Counted from the stretch's first letter, positions 1-53,078 are shown. The stretch: 64,000 bases of DNA from Chrysomallon squamiferum (GCA_012295275.1 CM022673.1:18786001-18850000); one strand, 5' to 3'. Made by a program: numbers and translations. Notes: generated by a model not told the origin, from the letters alone.

Positions 1-239
1 TAATAAATGGATATAGAACATATGATCAAACATTTAATTTTTAATAATAAACTAATTAAATTGCAAATAGAATGTATCTTACGATAACCAATACATATGC
101 CTTTAATTTTACTACATACTGATATCGCGGAATTAGATCTGTAGATAGAAGAATTTCCAGATTAAGTAATAAACGATTTCCTTTGGGCTACGAACTAAGG
201 TTTCTTCGCCTTAACTCTACATCCTTAAACAAGATGACA

Positions 240-300
240 ATCATATTTGCGGGAGGCGAACAGAATGACATCACGTGACCAGACGTCATGACCGAAGGTG
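240..300 (+). promoter_or_regulatory. Probable MYRF proximal promoter
   Basis: CpG-retaining stretch ~100-150 bp upstream of the ATG with TTTGCGGGA (E2F-like), TGACATCA, TCACGTGAC (E-box) and GACGTCA (CRE-like). Confidence 0.55.
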
Positions 301-398
301 TACACACTTGTTTGTATGTGTAAATCAGGATCGTAATGTAGTTTCGCTAATGGATTTTACTTACAAGTGACACTTAGGATACGTTTTTCACCAACACA

Positions 399-39981
<39,583 letters not shown>

Positions 39982-41237
39982 ACTTTTAATACCTCTGATG
40001 TAAGCACAACTGATTAAATTCTCACAAGAACTGAAAATTATATTCTTGAAAGACTTCAAACAGGTGGAACACAGAAAAAGAAAAATAAACTCAAATCAAC
40101 TAAACAGCCCTGTTATGAGGAGAAGTTTGGAGCTGCAAGTTTTTATTGTTTTTCAAAACAATCGTTAAGAAAATGAAATAATTAAGGATGAAACTAGGCA
40201 TACACTGCTGTAAACAAGAGCACTTTAAACACATACTGATATGTGGAACAAAATATAAAGATTTACTTTCATGACTGCTCTGAAGTATAAAAGTTTAAAA
40301 ATGGTGAGAAGCAGTAGTGTTACTTTTGTTTGTGATGTGAATAATTTTGTTTTGTTTGTTTTATTATGAATCATATTTGGTTATTTTTGTTCAGTACTAG
40401 AAATGTTTTTGTTTTGTAATATTTAAGTCACCATTACATTTACTTCATTTATTTTTGTTAATTTTTTTCTAATTATTAATTCATTTTGATCATTATTCAT
40501 AAATACTTATTAAGGTGAAATTGTTGAATTTAGAATTTTAAAATCTTAATATTATTTTAATCACTTTTCTAAAGTCTAGGTGATGACTTTGAATATGCAT
40601 TTTGTTAACTGTTAACTGCTTCAAGTATTAACTGTTATTGGGGATCAGTTTCCATGTATCTTAATACAATAAAAATACAAAAATTAAATACAGAGATGTT
40701 TTATGTAGTCTTCTTCCTAAGAACTTGTATCAATGTAATTTGTATGTAATTTGTTTTTGTTTTGAATTTTAATTTTTTGTTACTTGATGCTTTATTTTAA
40801 TTTTATTCTCTTCCATTTTTGCCCACTCATGGTCACAAATAGCTTAGTTTTTCACTGGGTAAACAGTCAATAATGTTGTTATTGAGCCTTTTAAAACCCA
40901 GATTAATACATAGAAATGTTAAATGTGTATTATTTATATATAAATTTATATTTTAGTCCTTGCTAAAGAAACATTTTCAATTGGTTTGACTTGGCTCACA
41001 ATTTGACATACATGAATGTTTTGTCAGCTGGTTGAAATATTGCATTACTCACATATCTTTTTTGGAAGCTTTATATTGAAATGTCTGATGTTTTCAGATT
41101 CTTATCATTTGTTTATGTTGTATATATTTATTGTGTGTATATATAAATATATACATATTCATTATATAGACATAATAGTGCTAGAAGTATTAGAAACATA
41201 CAACTTAGTATCGGGTGGGCAATGTTGCTCATATATA

Positions 41238-41269
<32 letters not shown>

Positions 41270-41671
41270 ATTGGTCTCATTCAAGAAAAAAGATAATAAT
41301 TATTATTAATTCATATCATATTTAAATTTTGGCTGTAGTTATAAAATTCTAATAATGATCTTGCACTTCATTCCAGATTCATTACATACATTTTATAATT
41401 TTAAAATTTTATATTTTATATTTATTGAATTATGAATAAATAAATTTTATCACATTTTAAATCATAAATTAAATCAGTAAAATGGTTGGTTTGATGTCAG
41501 CAATTTTTAAAAGTTTGTAGAATATTTTTATGGTCTTGCTTTTCTTTTAAATTGGTATATATTTTTAAATTGTATTGTAACTAATAAACATTGATTTCTT
41601 TTTAAGATTGAATTTTATATCATTTGAATCTCGTTTTTGAAATTAAATTTCAATGAATTTGATAAAAGATT

Positions 41672-41720
41672 TTATATGTATATGTATGTGTATATATATA
41701 TATGTATGTATATGTATATG

Positions 41721-41771
<51 letters not shown>
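41672..41771 (+). repeat. (TATATG)n repeat downstream of the MYRF stop
   Basis: Directly visible; explains ORF 41653..41853. Confidence 0.9.
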
Positions 41772-41773
<2 letters not shown>

Positions 41774-44700
41774 TATATACAGACAGATGTAGAAAATGTT
41801 TTATTGGTGATTTTATGAGGACTAAGTCACAGTATTTAAGACTGTGTCATTAGTGCTTGTCACTTTAATTGCTATTTTATTATTCAAACCTTTTGACAGT
41901 AATTTGTAAATAAATTTTGTTTTTCTCAGTTCAAAGCAAACTTCAGTAATTATGAATTATTTTAATAGAACATATATTTTAAAAATGTGGGGGGTAGGGT
42001 TGTTTTGTTTAGTTTCCTTAATTATGTTTTGGTAAATCATGTTAGTTTATTTTGAAGTGTTTTTGTCTTACTCATATATTTGTTTTGCATAATTTTATAA
42101 CATGATTTTTTTTATTGATAATATCAAACATAATTCTTGATTGGGTATATCTAATTATTATGTTAATTTACTTAATTAGATAATATTAACTGCTGGTTTT
42201 GATTTTAATCAAAATATTTGTTAGCAGACAAAATTTTAAAATTCTGTTACTTTATTGAATTTTGAGATTGATATTTTTTTAAATTTATTTCTGAGATTCT
42301 GTATAAATCATCTAAGTTGGAAACCATTTTACATATTGTAATAATACTTTGCATATTGAGATTGTTTTATTTCAAGGGAGATTACTTGAACAAACTTGTG
42401 TGATATTTTGTTTGTTTTTTTACAATCTTAAAATGGCATTCTTCCTGAGAAAAAATATTAATGCATAGGTGGGACAAACATCTCTTTTAAGCTTATTTCA
42501 GATATATAATGTTTGTACAATATTATTACTTTCATTATATATAATTAGAAATGGACCCAACCAAGAATGTTAAAATAGGTTAATGTTTTGATGTTTCTGC
42601 AGATGCTATGTCTATTTGTGCTTGTACAAATTGCTTTTAAATACTCGGTCACTCTGTAAACTTCAGTTTTTCATTATTAAGTAAATTGTATCTGTCATTA
42701 TGACATGATCTTTCACATTAAATGCCTCCATATGTGAATTTATCTCAGTTTACATGTTCAGATTTAGATTTCATACAAAAATTAATGAGGCTCATTTTTG
42801 AAAATCAGGAGTGCATGTATAAAATAAATGAGTAAATGGTATCATTGTCTATACTACTTTTTTATTTATTTTTTTAATCTCATTTAGGACTGAAAAGCAA
42901 AACACATTCCTTAAAAAAAGTATGCAGAGTAAATTGTGCATTTCAGAACAATAAAATATTTTTTTTTATTTTGAGATTTATTGCCTTCCTTTTCCAAAAC
43001 ACCTCTCTTCAAAAGATTTTAACTCGCTACTAGATAAAAATCTGAATAAACTGTATTTTAGTAATTGTCATCATACATTCCTTTGATGAAATAAACATAT
43101 ATTCCATTCAGTGTTTAACTTCTAGTCAACTGGTTTTAATCTGTCACTTAACTTTATTTTATTTTAATGTGAGAAATAAGCTCAATGTAAGAAGAGTAAC
43201 GGGACTTCTCTTCACTCTATTCATTCCAATTCAAGCTAGTGCTCTGTAACTGATAAAAACAATAATTGTAGAAGTGGTTTTCATTATGTAATGAAATGAT
43301 GTCTCTGACATTATTAAAATGTAGTCAAATATAAATGCTGTTTCAACATCAAATTGTGACAATATTATTTAATCACTTTTTACTTGTATCAAAAGTTTGT
43401 AAAACAAAGGAAAATGGAGGATGGATGTTTTACCTTAACTGGGAATGAACACTTAAAAATCACAATTATTATTTTATATAAATAATTTATTTCTCTGCCA
43501 AATTTAACAAATTATACTAAGCCATTTTTCAGTAACAAACCACAGTATTTAACTTTGTAGAACACAGAAAATAAAATATAATCACTTCCTTGTGTCAACA
43601 ACAATATAACTGTTAAAATAACCAAAACATACAATTAAAAATGTCTGGCAGAATTGTAGTTTTGTAATTTGGATTAACTGTCTATCATCTTCAATCAAAT
43701 ATTAATGTCTTCTCTTTTATTTGCTAACATTCATACCTGTGACAACAAAAGATTCAAGCCACTTACATTAACAGAAATAACATCATAATATTTAGAAAAT
43801 TTTATGATTAATATGTTGCTAACTTTGGACAATTCCAACAGAAATTTCCTTTACAATTACTTGTGAGATTTTGGCTTCTTGTTTATCTATTTATCTATAT
43901 AATCTTTAATAAAAATTACCTAGATTTAACACAATCTTCTTATAAGAAATTTTCTTTATACTAAAGCTGCTAAAAAATTTTTTTAAATAGATTAACTACT
44001 TATGGTATTTGAATTCCGATAACATGCTCACATGATTTGAGAAACTTTTCTGTTTTTAAATTTAACCATATGATGAGTGGATCACAAATTTCCAAATGTA
44101 AGTAACATTATACTTCACAAAAATGAATTTATATAGTTTTGACAATCCATGTTTTCAAATAGTTCATGGAAAAAGATTATAAACTTAAATTAAAACGAAA
44201 AATATTAATGGTATCTATGGACATAATACTTTTACAGTTTATTTTTAAATATTATCAACAGGTATCTTAATTTTCAAATTTCTTCAAGATGAATATAAAT
44301 TACTGTTAACAAATATTTAATATAAAATTATCAGCCAGCATAGACAAATGTATTCTCTATTTTTAACTGCTAACATTGCAGTCTGTTGGTCCCAAAATAA
44401 TGTTTCTTTAAAACTACGAATCATTTTGTAGCAAAACATCAGTCTTATTATCTGATAATTTTGTCAACTGCAGTTTTTAAAACCTAAACAGTACCTACAA
44501 AAACTGTAGATTATCAGTTAATAAACTGCTGACAAATGCTTACAAAAGGTTCTAAAAAACCAAAATGTTAAAAAATAACATAAGATATGTTTAAAAAAAC
44601 TAAATTAAATAATCAGTGGTTGCAAAGATATGTATATAAGGTTAACTAAACAAATTATGCATTAGCTTTTTGTTTAACAACATTTGACAACTTATGAATA

Positions 44701-44831
44701 ATATGTTTGACTGATTTCAAAATCACACATTTGCAAATCTATGTTTTTACCCACATCTAGGAAAAAAATAAATAAATAATCACCTATTTACAAATCTTTA
44801 AAAAGAAGAGACAAACCCAAAAAATAAAATA

Positions 44832-45408
44832 TTAAAATGTAAATGGATACTTTGTATCCCACCAGGGCACAATCCTGATATTAACCACTGGGTCTAGGTC
44901 AACAACTCTCTCTGCAGAGCTGGAGTTGGCATCCTGCAGAATGCTGTCAAAGAGCAACCGCAGTCGATAGTGTCGCATGCGAGCACTCACTGTCAGGTAC
45001 ACATGGTTCAACACCATCCCCATCACCATGGGGATGGAGGAAAAGTTCTGACACTGGATCTCCAGGATGCGACATCCTTCCTCAGGATTGTGAAAGAGAT
45101 CACTGTAACCAGGAAGCATGTCTTGTCCAGATGACTCAACAGGTCCTGGTCGGAATGTTGTTGATTGTAGCTTTAGGAATTTGAAACAGAATGTCCACAT
45201 GTTTTTAACTGGTTGATGCCATGCTAGTAAACAGCGCTGTCCCTGTAGGCTGTGGGGTTCGTTTTCAAAAGGGACTGTTGAAATGGAGCGTGACAGTGGA
45301 GAATACAGGTAAAACATGGAACGGATCACCCTGGCTCTTAGTCCACGAATTCTTTCAATGCTCTGTGGTTTGATCTCATCAGGGAGTTTGATACTTTTGT
45401 CATAGTAT
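44832..45408 (-). CDS. TMEM183: TMEM183 exon 5, last coding exon
   Basis: ORF track 44832..45329 extended to the ttttag acceptor at 45409. Confidence 0.93.
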
Positions 45409-47945
45409 CTAAAAATAAGTGAACTCAGTATCTTACTTTTTCATACAGTAGTCAAATTAATAACCACAACAGTAAAAAGAATTCTGGTAAAATATTGTTA
45501 TTGGTTTTGTTATTGTTATTATTCCCAAAGCAAAATAAAAGGATAATAATATTAACATACGTAAATAGATTTGCTCAGACAAACATATTATAAATACTTT
45601 AACACTTTTCTGAGAAAAAAATATGATGCATAAATACTCTCAATTACTGACTGTAGACCTTTTATGAGGTAAGAAATAAGAAAGTAAATAAATAAATTAA
45701 AATAAATACATGTGAATGTGTGCTGTATCTTAATTCTTGAAGTGAAAGGATAAATATACATGTTGTAAATTATTCCTGCTTTTAATTAATCAAACTCTTA
45801 CCTCAAATAGAGTTGTCGCCAGAAGGCACATGACCCCACCACAATGTATGTGTCATGACACAGGGCAGCAAAACGACCAACATCTTCTGGATAGATGTAA
45901 CCAGACAGCACATACCACAGGTCTATAGGATACACCACACCTTTCTTTTCCTGCTCTCCTGATGATGTGTGTTTCTTCCGATGATGTCTTCGTCGTGCAG
46001 GGCAACTGGTGGTATTACCTTCTGTTGCAAGAATCAGTATAATATAGATATGTGTAGATGGTATTATGATACCAACAATTAATATTTTAACAAACATGTA
46101 TCATTCAATGGAATTGTAAATATTACATTACTATCATAATTATGTATGTATATTTGAGTGATATTCCAATACAAATAATTAATATTACAAGAAATATGAC
46201 CAGGCATTCTGACAGTAATAAATAACATTATTAAATATTTATATGTTGATTACGTTCAGATAACAATAATTAAAACTGTGATCATGTCTCTGGTTTTACT
46301 TGATAAAAAAAAAAAAACTACAAAGCAGTATGGCACTTTTGTTGCTTTGAAACACTGTATATGAAATGATATTTGATCAGGGTTTTGCTATAATAGTACC
46401 TCAAGTTTTAATATTTTTAGGGCATGTCTAGTGTTGCCTAAGGTTTAATCAGAAATGTTATGGCAAACACTTTCTTCAGAGTAGAGGCACCAAGGCAATT
46501 TAATTTGTATCATTAAAATGGGATTTTGGGGGGTTTCAACATGCTCAGTAAATCAACAGGATATACGGGAAAAGCACAGAAATAGAATTAGATGTTTGTG
46601 TGTGTGTGTGTGTGTGAGCGTACATATGCATGTGTCAACACTCTAAACCATAATGAATCTGCTTCATACAAAGTGATGGACTACAAACCAGCATTTTGAG
46701 GAAAAACTAGCACTTCTTCCTCCTCCTCTTGCTCACTGTTTCTGGAGTTTTCAATGTCAAAGTCATCAAGATCTTTCTCAAACCAATTCAAATCTTCTGT
46801 CAAATTCTTGCCATCTGGTTTTGCAAAATATTAAAAAAATATTTTAAAACAAATTCAAAAATCTTATGATAAAACTGATGAACTGCAGCATGACAAATAA
46901 ATAAAATGGTATGACATAAATAAGTATACTCTAAAGAAAATTATTACAATCACCTTCAGCATGAATTGCATTAGCACTTCCCTTTTTAACTCGTAATGAT
47001 GATGATAGACAACATGGAGCATTGGCATAATCATTCAAACTCACATCTGAAAAAAAAGAAATTAATTTAAAGTTTCATATGCTACTGAGAAACTATAACT
47101 GAACTACTAAATTTTACAAGTTGCTCACTAGCTCTAATAATATAGTAATAATAATAATAATAATAATAGGAGTAGCTTTTCTGAAATTATTTTTTAAAAC
47201 TAACTACCAATATATAAAGTTATGAATTACTACTACTGTACTGGTATCAAATAGGGGAATGCAGTAAAGAGACACCATGTTAATACCCCACAATGTCTGT
47301 ATTCGTATACCATGAACAAATTAATTTTTAATCACAACACGAATTATTAATATCATAAATATGCTAATTATTTTAATATGTATAATGATTCACCTTGTTA
47401 AAATATTCTGTGTAAAATAAAAAAATATCATTTGCATTGTAATGGTTATACAGATGAAGGTATGATACATGGTTATACAGATGAAGGTATGATACATGCT
47501 TATAAGTACTTATTCTTAACCAACTACATATAATTCGTTTATGCTGTCTGTTCTTAACCAACCTGTTTTAATCATCGATGTCTCAGTCATATCGATTGTT
47601 TTTTCTTCTTACTTTCCATATATTGATATAATATCGTATAATTATTATATCGTATTAATTATCGATCTAATAATAAACATCAGTCATTTGAAATCCAACA
47701 TAGACATTTACAAAGTGAAATGATGATAACAATTTATATCATGTTCATGTTGTCTTTGTTTATATATGAAACGAATTAGGTTTGCAACCGTGTTCTAAAA
47801 AGAAAACCTGGAATCTGTTTTACGACAACCATCGTTCGTTTGATGTTTCGTAACTTGTTACGTTGTACATTAACAGTATCTTACCTCCTGATGAACATGC
47901 AGCAGCCTTCTTTTGACCTTTCCCCCTCCTACCCCCCTTCGGCAT
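44832..47945 (-). CDS. TMEM183: Transmembrane protein 183 homolog (F-box-like segment), complete 5-exon CDS, 358 aa
   Basis: complement(join(44832..45408,45802..46021,46689..46814,46954..47046,47885..47945)) = 1077 nt, phases compatible. MPKGGRRGK start, VSLNDYAN, RVKK, YPIDLWYVLSGYIYPEDV...AFWRQLY, VSARMRHYRLRL and LDPVVNIRIVPWWDTKYPF match TMEM183A motifs. The exon 3 donor (46689) is the least certain boundary. Confidence 0.93.
45802..46021 (-). CDS. TMEM183: TMEM183 exon 4 (F-box-like YPIDLW segment)
   Basis: caacag| and AG|gtaaga; ORF track 45798..46097. Confidence 0.9.
46689..46814 (-). CDS. TMEM183: TMEM183 exon 3 (acidic)
   Basis: DGKNLTEDLNWFEKDLDDFDIENSRNSEQEEEEEVLVFPQNA; phase 1-1. 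Confidence 0.8.
46954..47046 (-). CDS. TMEM183: TMEM183 exon 2
   Basis: DVSLNDYANAPCCLSSSLRVKKGSANAIHAE; phase 1-1. Confidence 0.88.
47442..47498 (+). repeat. 27-bp tandem duplication in TMEM183 intron 1
   Basis: ATGGTTATACAGATGAAGGTATGATAC twice. Confidence 0.9.
47885..47945 (-). CDS. TMEM183: TMEM183 exon 1
   Basis: gccATG CCG AAG; MPKGGRRGKGQKKAAACSSG; G|gtaaga donor. Confidence 0.88.
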
Positions 47946-48615
47946 GGCTCTCTCCTTGCGATATAACAATTAATATACATTTTCAAAAAATGTAAATGAA
48001 AATACAAAAATGCAATACGAGAGAAAAATACAGAACGTCGATCATCTTTACCAACGTCGATAGTCTCGAATTTCTGAATTGCTGTATTTGTCCACAGATC
48101 GGGGTTTTCTCAAATGAAAATTAAAAGCAAATAATAATAATAATAATAATAATAACAACAACAACAATAACAACAACAATATAAAAGTAAGAAACAAAAA
48201 ATAAAATACAAATATTAAATTTAAAGTTCGAAACTAAAAATAATAATAATGTAGCTTTTTTTCTTCAATAAAACAACTATTTTTGCTATAAAATGTATAT
48301 AACGTAAACAGTGTAGAATGGAATGAATTTTAAATTGTAGATACAGACAAAATTACACAATGTTAAAAAAAGCTTTAATTAATATTATTTTCAATATGTT
48401 TATCATACTATATTTTGCACGTGTTCATGTCATAATAATACAGTAATGTGTATAGGTCTTCATTAGATATCTCAGGACAAGATAGTAATTTTGTTAAGTG
48501 CATCATTATAATTATTAGTAATTAATATTTCTTCAAAAGTGTTTGTAAAGTAATGTTTAAATAACATTTATGCACATAAACATACAAAATATATATATAT
48601 ATATATATATCAATT

Positions 48616-48649
<34 letters not shown>

Positions 48650-49172
48650 ATTCATTCCATTTTCTACGGAATAATGTGAATTACAATTCATTTCATTTGT
48701 AATAAAACAAATATTTTGAAACTATCCCTACAGAAGTTATTAAATACAAGCATTATGTAAATATAATCGAGACCTATAAATTTTCGTTGTGCCCTCTGGT
48801 GCTGGCCGAAGAATTGTTTCCCTTCTTCAGTGGAATTATGGGTATGACACACTTTCCGTAGATAAAATGGCTCCTATTGAAAGGCGAGATTGAGTGAAGG
48901 ATGAATTGACAGGACAAATGTAGTTGGTTCTGGGTGGAATATGTACTACTGATGAAGCGGAGACGTTTTGATATTCAGGGAAGGTTGTAATATTGTAAGC
49001 ATGTGATGATCGATGCCGTCAGAATGAAATATAAGTTGTTGATCTTGCATGAAATATGACGATAAACGTTTCGGAACCATCCCCGTTTTGATGAAGTCTG
49101 TGTACTACCCCCTTTCGACTGATTTTGGTTAATACTGGGGTAACGGTAGAAGTTTTAAAATAAAAATCCAAA
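47946..49172. promoter_or_regulatory. Divergent TMEM183 / liprin-alpha promoter and 5'UTR region
   Basis: Start codons face away from each other ~1.2 kb apart; CpGs retained near both; ETS-like TTTCCG at ~48853 and YY1-like AAAATGGC at 48864; second YY1-like CGCCATTTT at 49513. Confidence 0.6.
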
Positions 49173-49412
49173 ATGATGTGCGACGTTATGCCAACGATTT
49201 CTGAAGATGGCTCGAACGATAGAGAGTCGCAAGGGTCCGGGGACGACTCAAATTTTGAACAACTGATGGTTAACATGTTGGATGAAAGGGATAAATTGAT
49301 GGAGAGTTTGAGAGATGCCCAAGATCAGTTATCGCTAGCCCAGGCTAAAGTAGTTGAGGTAGAAAAGGAGAGGGATGCTCTTATGAAACAGGTGCTGCAA
49401 ACCCAACCTCAG
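49173..49412 (+). CDS. PPFIA: Liprin-alpha (PPFIA/SYD-2 family), first coding exon, 80 codons; gene continues beyond the window
   Basis: MMCDVMPTISED...NFEQLMVNMLDERDKLMESLR is the diagnostic liprin-alpha N-terminus; CAG|gtaagt donor; no exon 2 found before 64000. Confidence 0.95.
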
Positions 49413-52400
49413 GTAAGTCTGTACTTTTGATCTTTGCCGCTAGTGCACGCAATGTGCCGGTTCTAACTTATTTATGTTCAACGCACCTACGCTGATTACT
49501 TTGTCCCTAAGACGCCATTTTGTATAAATTAAGATCTCTACGTTTCTTAGAAATTAAAAATATCAGAAAGTTGTTTCTATCAGAAAGTTGATTCATTTCT
49601 AAAATCGCTGAGGTGTAAATTTTTTATCTAAGAGACAACGGCATCAGAAGTGTGTCAGCTTAGTTCCTTGTAAAGGAAACTCTTGACTACGTCCCTTGGA
49701 ATGATGTCATTTTCTACCTCGTTCTGAAGACAGAGCTGTCAATATATCTAGTCTTTTTCCTCTTTCACTGAAATAAATTCATTACTTCCAACTCATTTTC
49801 ATACTGAATCACCTTTATGACTAAGGGTTCATTACTTCCTAAATATATGCTGGCATTATTGATTGAATTATTTAAAAAATATATATATATATTATTATTA
49901 TTATTTTATTTTTTATTTTTTATTTTTTATTTTTTATTTTATTTTTATTTTTATATATATTTTTTTTTATATTTTGGTTTTCAGTTTTGTAAATTAGCAT
50001 CATTTAAAAACGAATCTTCTTAATTCCTGATAACTTTATGTTTATGAATTAAGAATTTTTTTTTTTTTAAATAATTTATAAAATAATTGGATAAAATTTG
50101 TTTATGTTTGTAATACAATGCTTTAAATATAATGGACAAATAGATTAAAATTTAGAAAATAGAAATTAATACAATGATAGCTATCAAAAAGATTTTAAAT
50201 AAAAAAAAATTATTGTTAATATTTATTAATTTATTGATAAATTTCAGTTTTGTTTTATTAATACTCAAAAAGTAAAATTTTAAGAATATTAAACTATATT
50301 TTAATAACACAAAAATATCATATTTAGAAGAAATATATATGTATCTTTACAATTATATTCATTATGAATATAAAAATGTTTGTGGTACCATCACTGCAGT
50401 TAATTATATATTTCTGTGGAATGGAAAATGATTAACTTTCCAAACAGTTATTTAAATTAATCTTATTTAAATTGTTTGAAAAAATATATTAGTTGTCTAA
50501 ATACTAATAATTATTATTATTTTTATTTTTATTATTATTTTTTTTTTTGTTGGCACACAGTATGCTGTGATTCATTAAAATTAAAACAAATGTATCTAGT
50601 AATATCAAATATCCTTGGTATCTTTCCTCTGTAAAAACCACTACTGAAGTAAAGTGATCTAACATATTAACATCAGGTACTCAACTATTACAGGTCACCT
50701 CTTAGTTCTCACCACCTGTTACTTTGTGTACTGTGCAATACATTTCAGTTAACTTCTCTCTTTTTATTACAAAACAGTGGCAATACTACTTGGACCAAAT
50801 GTAGTTATTCACTTGATCTCAGTGTACTTTTGTGGTTGTGACAGTGATCTAAGTGTCAGTATTATAGTCAACTGTAATAAAGTATGTGGGGGTATATGTA
50901 TATTCTGTGATTTTAAGTATATTTGTTTGAAAGTCAGTACCTTAGTTATTAATTATATCTAATAACAAAAACAAATCTATCATCTATATTTTAATTAAAA
51001 TAATTTTATATTAAAACAAGTAAAGTATTTATTAAATTATTTTTTATATATACATATATTTATAAACACAAGATAATATTTCTTACTTCTTCTAAATGCA
51101 CATCTTGCAGAGAGGTTATGATACATTTTTAGTTATGCATGATTAAAGTTCTTGTTTATATAATTTTTGTAACTTTTGTGACTCACTACACTTTTTCTCT
51201 CAAAATAACATGCAGTTAAACTTAACATATGTCCCCTGTTCTCATACGTTGATGTATGTAAAATACTGTTCACAGCTGTGTGTAGAGGGGATAAAAAAAA
51301 AAACAAAAAGAACTCTGATCATAAACAGGATATTAATTCCCATCTCTTGAGAACACTTGATCATTTCCTCTATGTCAGAATAGCTACAGTTTCCACTTTT
51401 CTTAGCAGTAAGCAAACAAGCTGAATATTTTTTTATTTGTATATGATTATATAAAATGGTTTTGTTTAAGCTTATGAAATTGAAATACTGGCTTTGTAGA
51501 TTATTTGTGTCCCCATAAAATGTATTTGTATAAATTTAAGTATGTATTATAAGTTACTGATCTGTTATTGTTTATTTATGTAAAATGCAATTCATTGTTT
51601 TCAATTTGACTTGTTGTTTTTACATACCAGTCATCAGTAGACTGATGCCTTGTTCTGGGTGAGGTAATTCCATTATGCATAATAATAAAATATTTTATCT
51701 AATAAACTACAAGCCAAAAGATCCAAATTTATAATTAATTTTTTTTTTTAAATTTTTTTTTTGGTTTCTCACTTGGAGAAATACTTACTCCATGATATAA
51801 GCAACATTCATAAACTTTATTTGTCAGTGTGCTTAAAATACTTTTTAAAAATAAATCAAAATGTTTGAAACTCATTCAATATACTTATATTCGCATACAT
51901 ATTTAGAGTTTAATATTTGTGTATTGTTGGTATTTTTGGTTAAATGCCCCATATACTTCTGAATTTTACAAAGGTAAATAATGTTATTTTTTTTTTTTTT
52001 TTAATATCATATAAATTATTTATTTAATTTTTAATAAGTTTTATTTATTATAAATTGCTTAATACAAGTGTATGTTCCCAATGCTAGATGAAGTAATAAT
52101 ACACAGGATTGTTATAATAATAAGGATAGTGTTTACATATTTCTAAAATTTATTTTAATTTAAAGATTAGTAACTTCTGTTACTTTACTTAGATTGGTAT
52201 AACTAAACGGGAGAAAAATGAAAGGATTGAAAAATATATGGAAGTTGGGAAGTTCTGTATGAAATCTAATGAATTTGATCAACAACCATTTGACTTGATC
52301 TGTGATGTTTCATTCAGTCAGTTAGATTAGTTTTGTTTCACAGAAAGCCAGTGGAAAGTTTCTTTTGAAACAAGTACTGTTTTGTCTTTTACACTGTAAA

Positions 52401-52507
52401 AAACATCTGCTTTTACTTAGTGATATTGCTTATCAGTAACCTTTATAAGCTACATTCATTTAGAGGTATCCACCAGTTTCTTTTTGCATACAACATGCTA
52501 ATAATAA

Positions 52508-53078
52508 TCTACAGTGTCTTACTCGATGATCAAGAAAGATGGTGATTCCTAGCATCCAGAATTGATCATTCAGGTTTTAGTTAATCAGATGTTAATGTCT
52601 GAAAAGGTGTTATTTTCATGTATGTGCATTTTTAAAATCTATATTGTGGCTAAACAAAAACTATTACACCCAGGAAACTTTTATATGTTTTAGATAACAT
52701 GTGGGAGATTAAATTTAAATAAAGGTCATCTCAAGGTCACGTGATCCACACGGTCAATTTCAAGGTCATAGCAAAGGTCAAAAGGTAAATGTACCCCCAA
52801 TATTTGGAAGCCTTGTCATATTGCCTTTTCAACAGTACCAATTTTATGAAGATTGGCCCAGTAGTTCCTGAGATATGAGGGTTCAAAGGTTGGTGGTCAT
52901 ACCCATTTTTGCAAAAAATCTCAAAATTCGATGGGCCTTATCTCCCACACCACTGATCCGATTGGGCTAATATTTCAGATTTGGTGCTGTGGGATCCCAG
53001 TCAACAAGTATACCAAGTTTCATAAAAATCTGAGATGGTCGGGTTTAACCCATTGGGTGATTTGACACGGAATGACCC
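52508..53078 (-). mobile_element. Sola2-type element, copy 2: single terminal arm, truncated
   Basis: Reverse complement of the copy 1 left arm, ending ...GACACGGAATGACCC next to (AT)n; left boundary approximate. Confidence 0.82.

Noticed and set aside
46378-46472. Possible small MITE (CAGGGTTTTGCTAT...ATGGCAAACACT)
   Set aside because: Imperfect inverted ends and no identifiable TSD.
49019-49276. Antisense 85-aa ORF over liprin-alpha exon 1
   Set aside because: Shadow ORF of the real coding strand.
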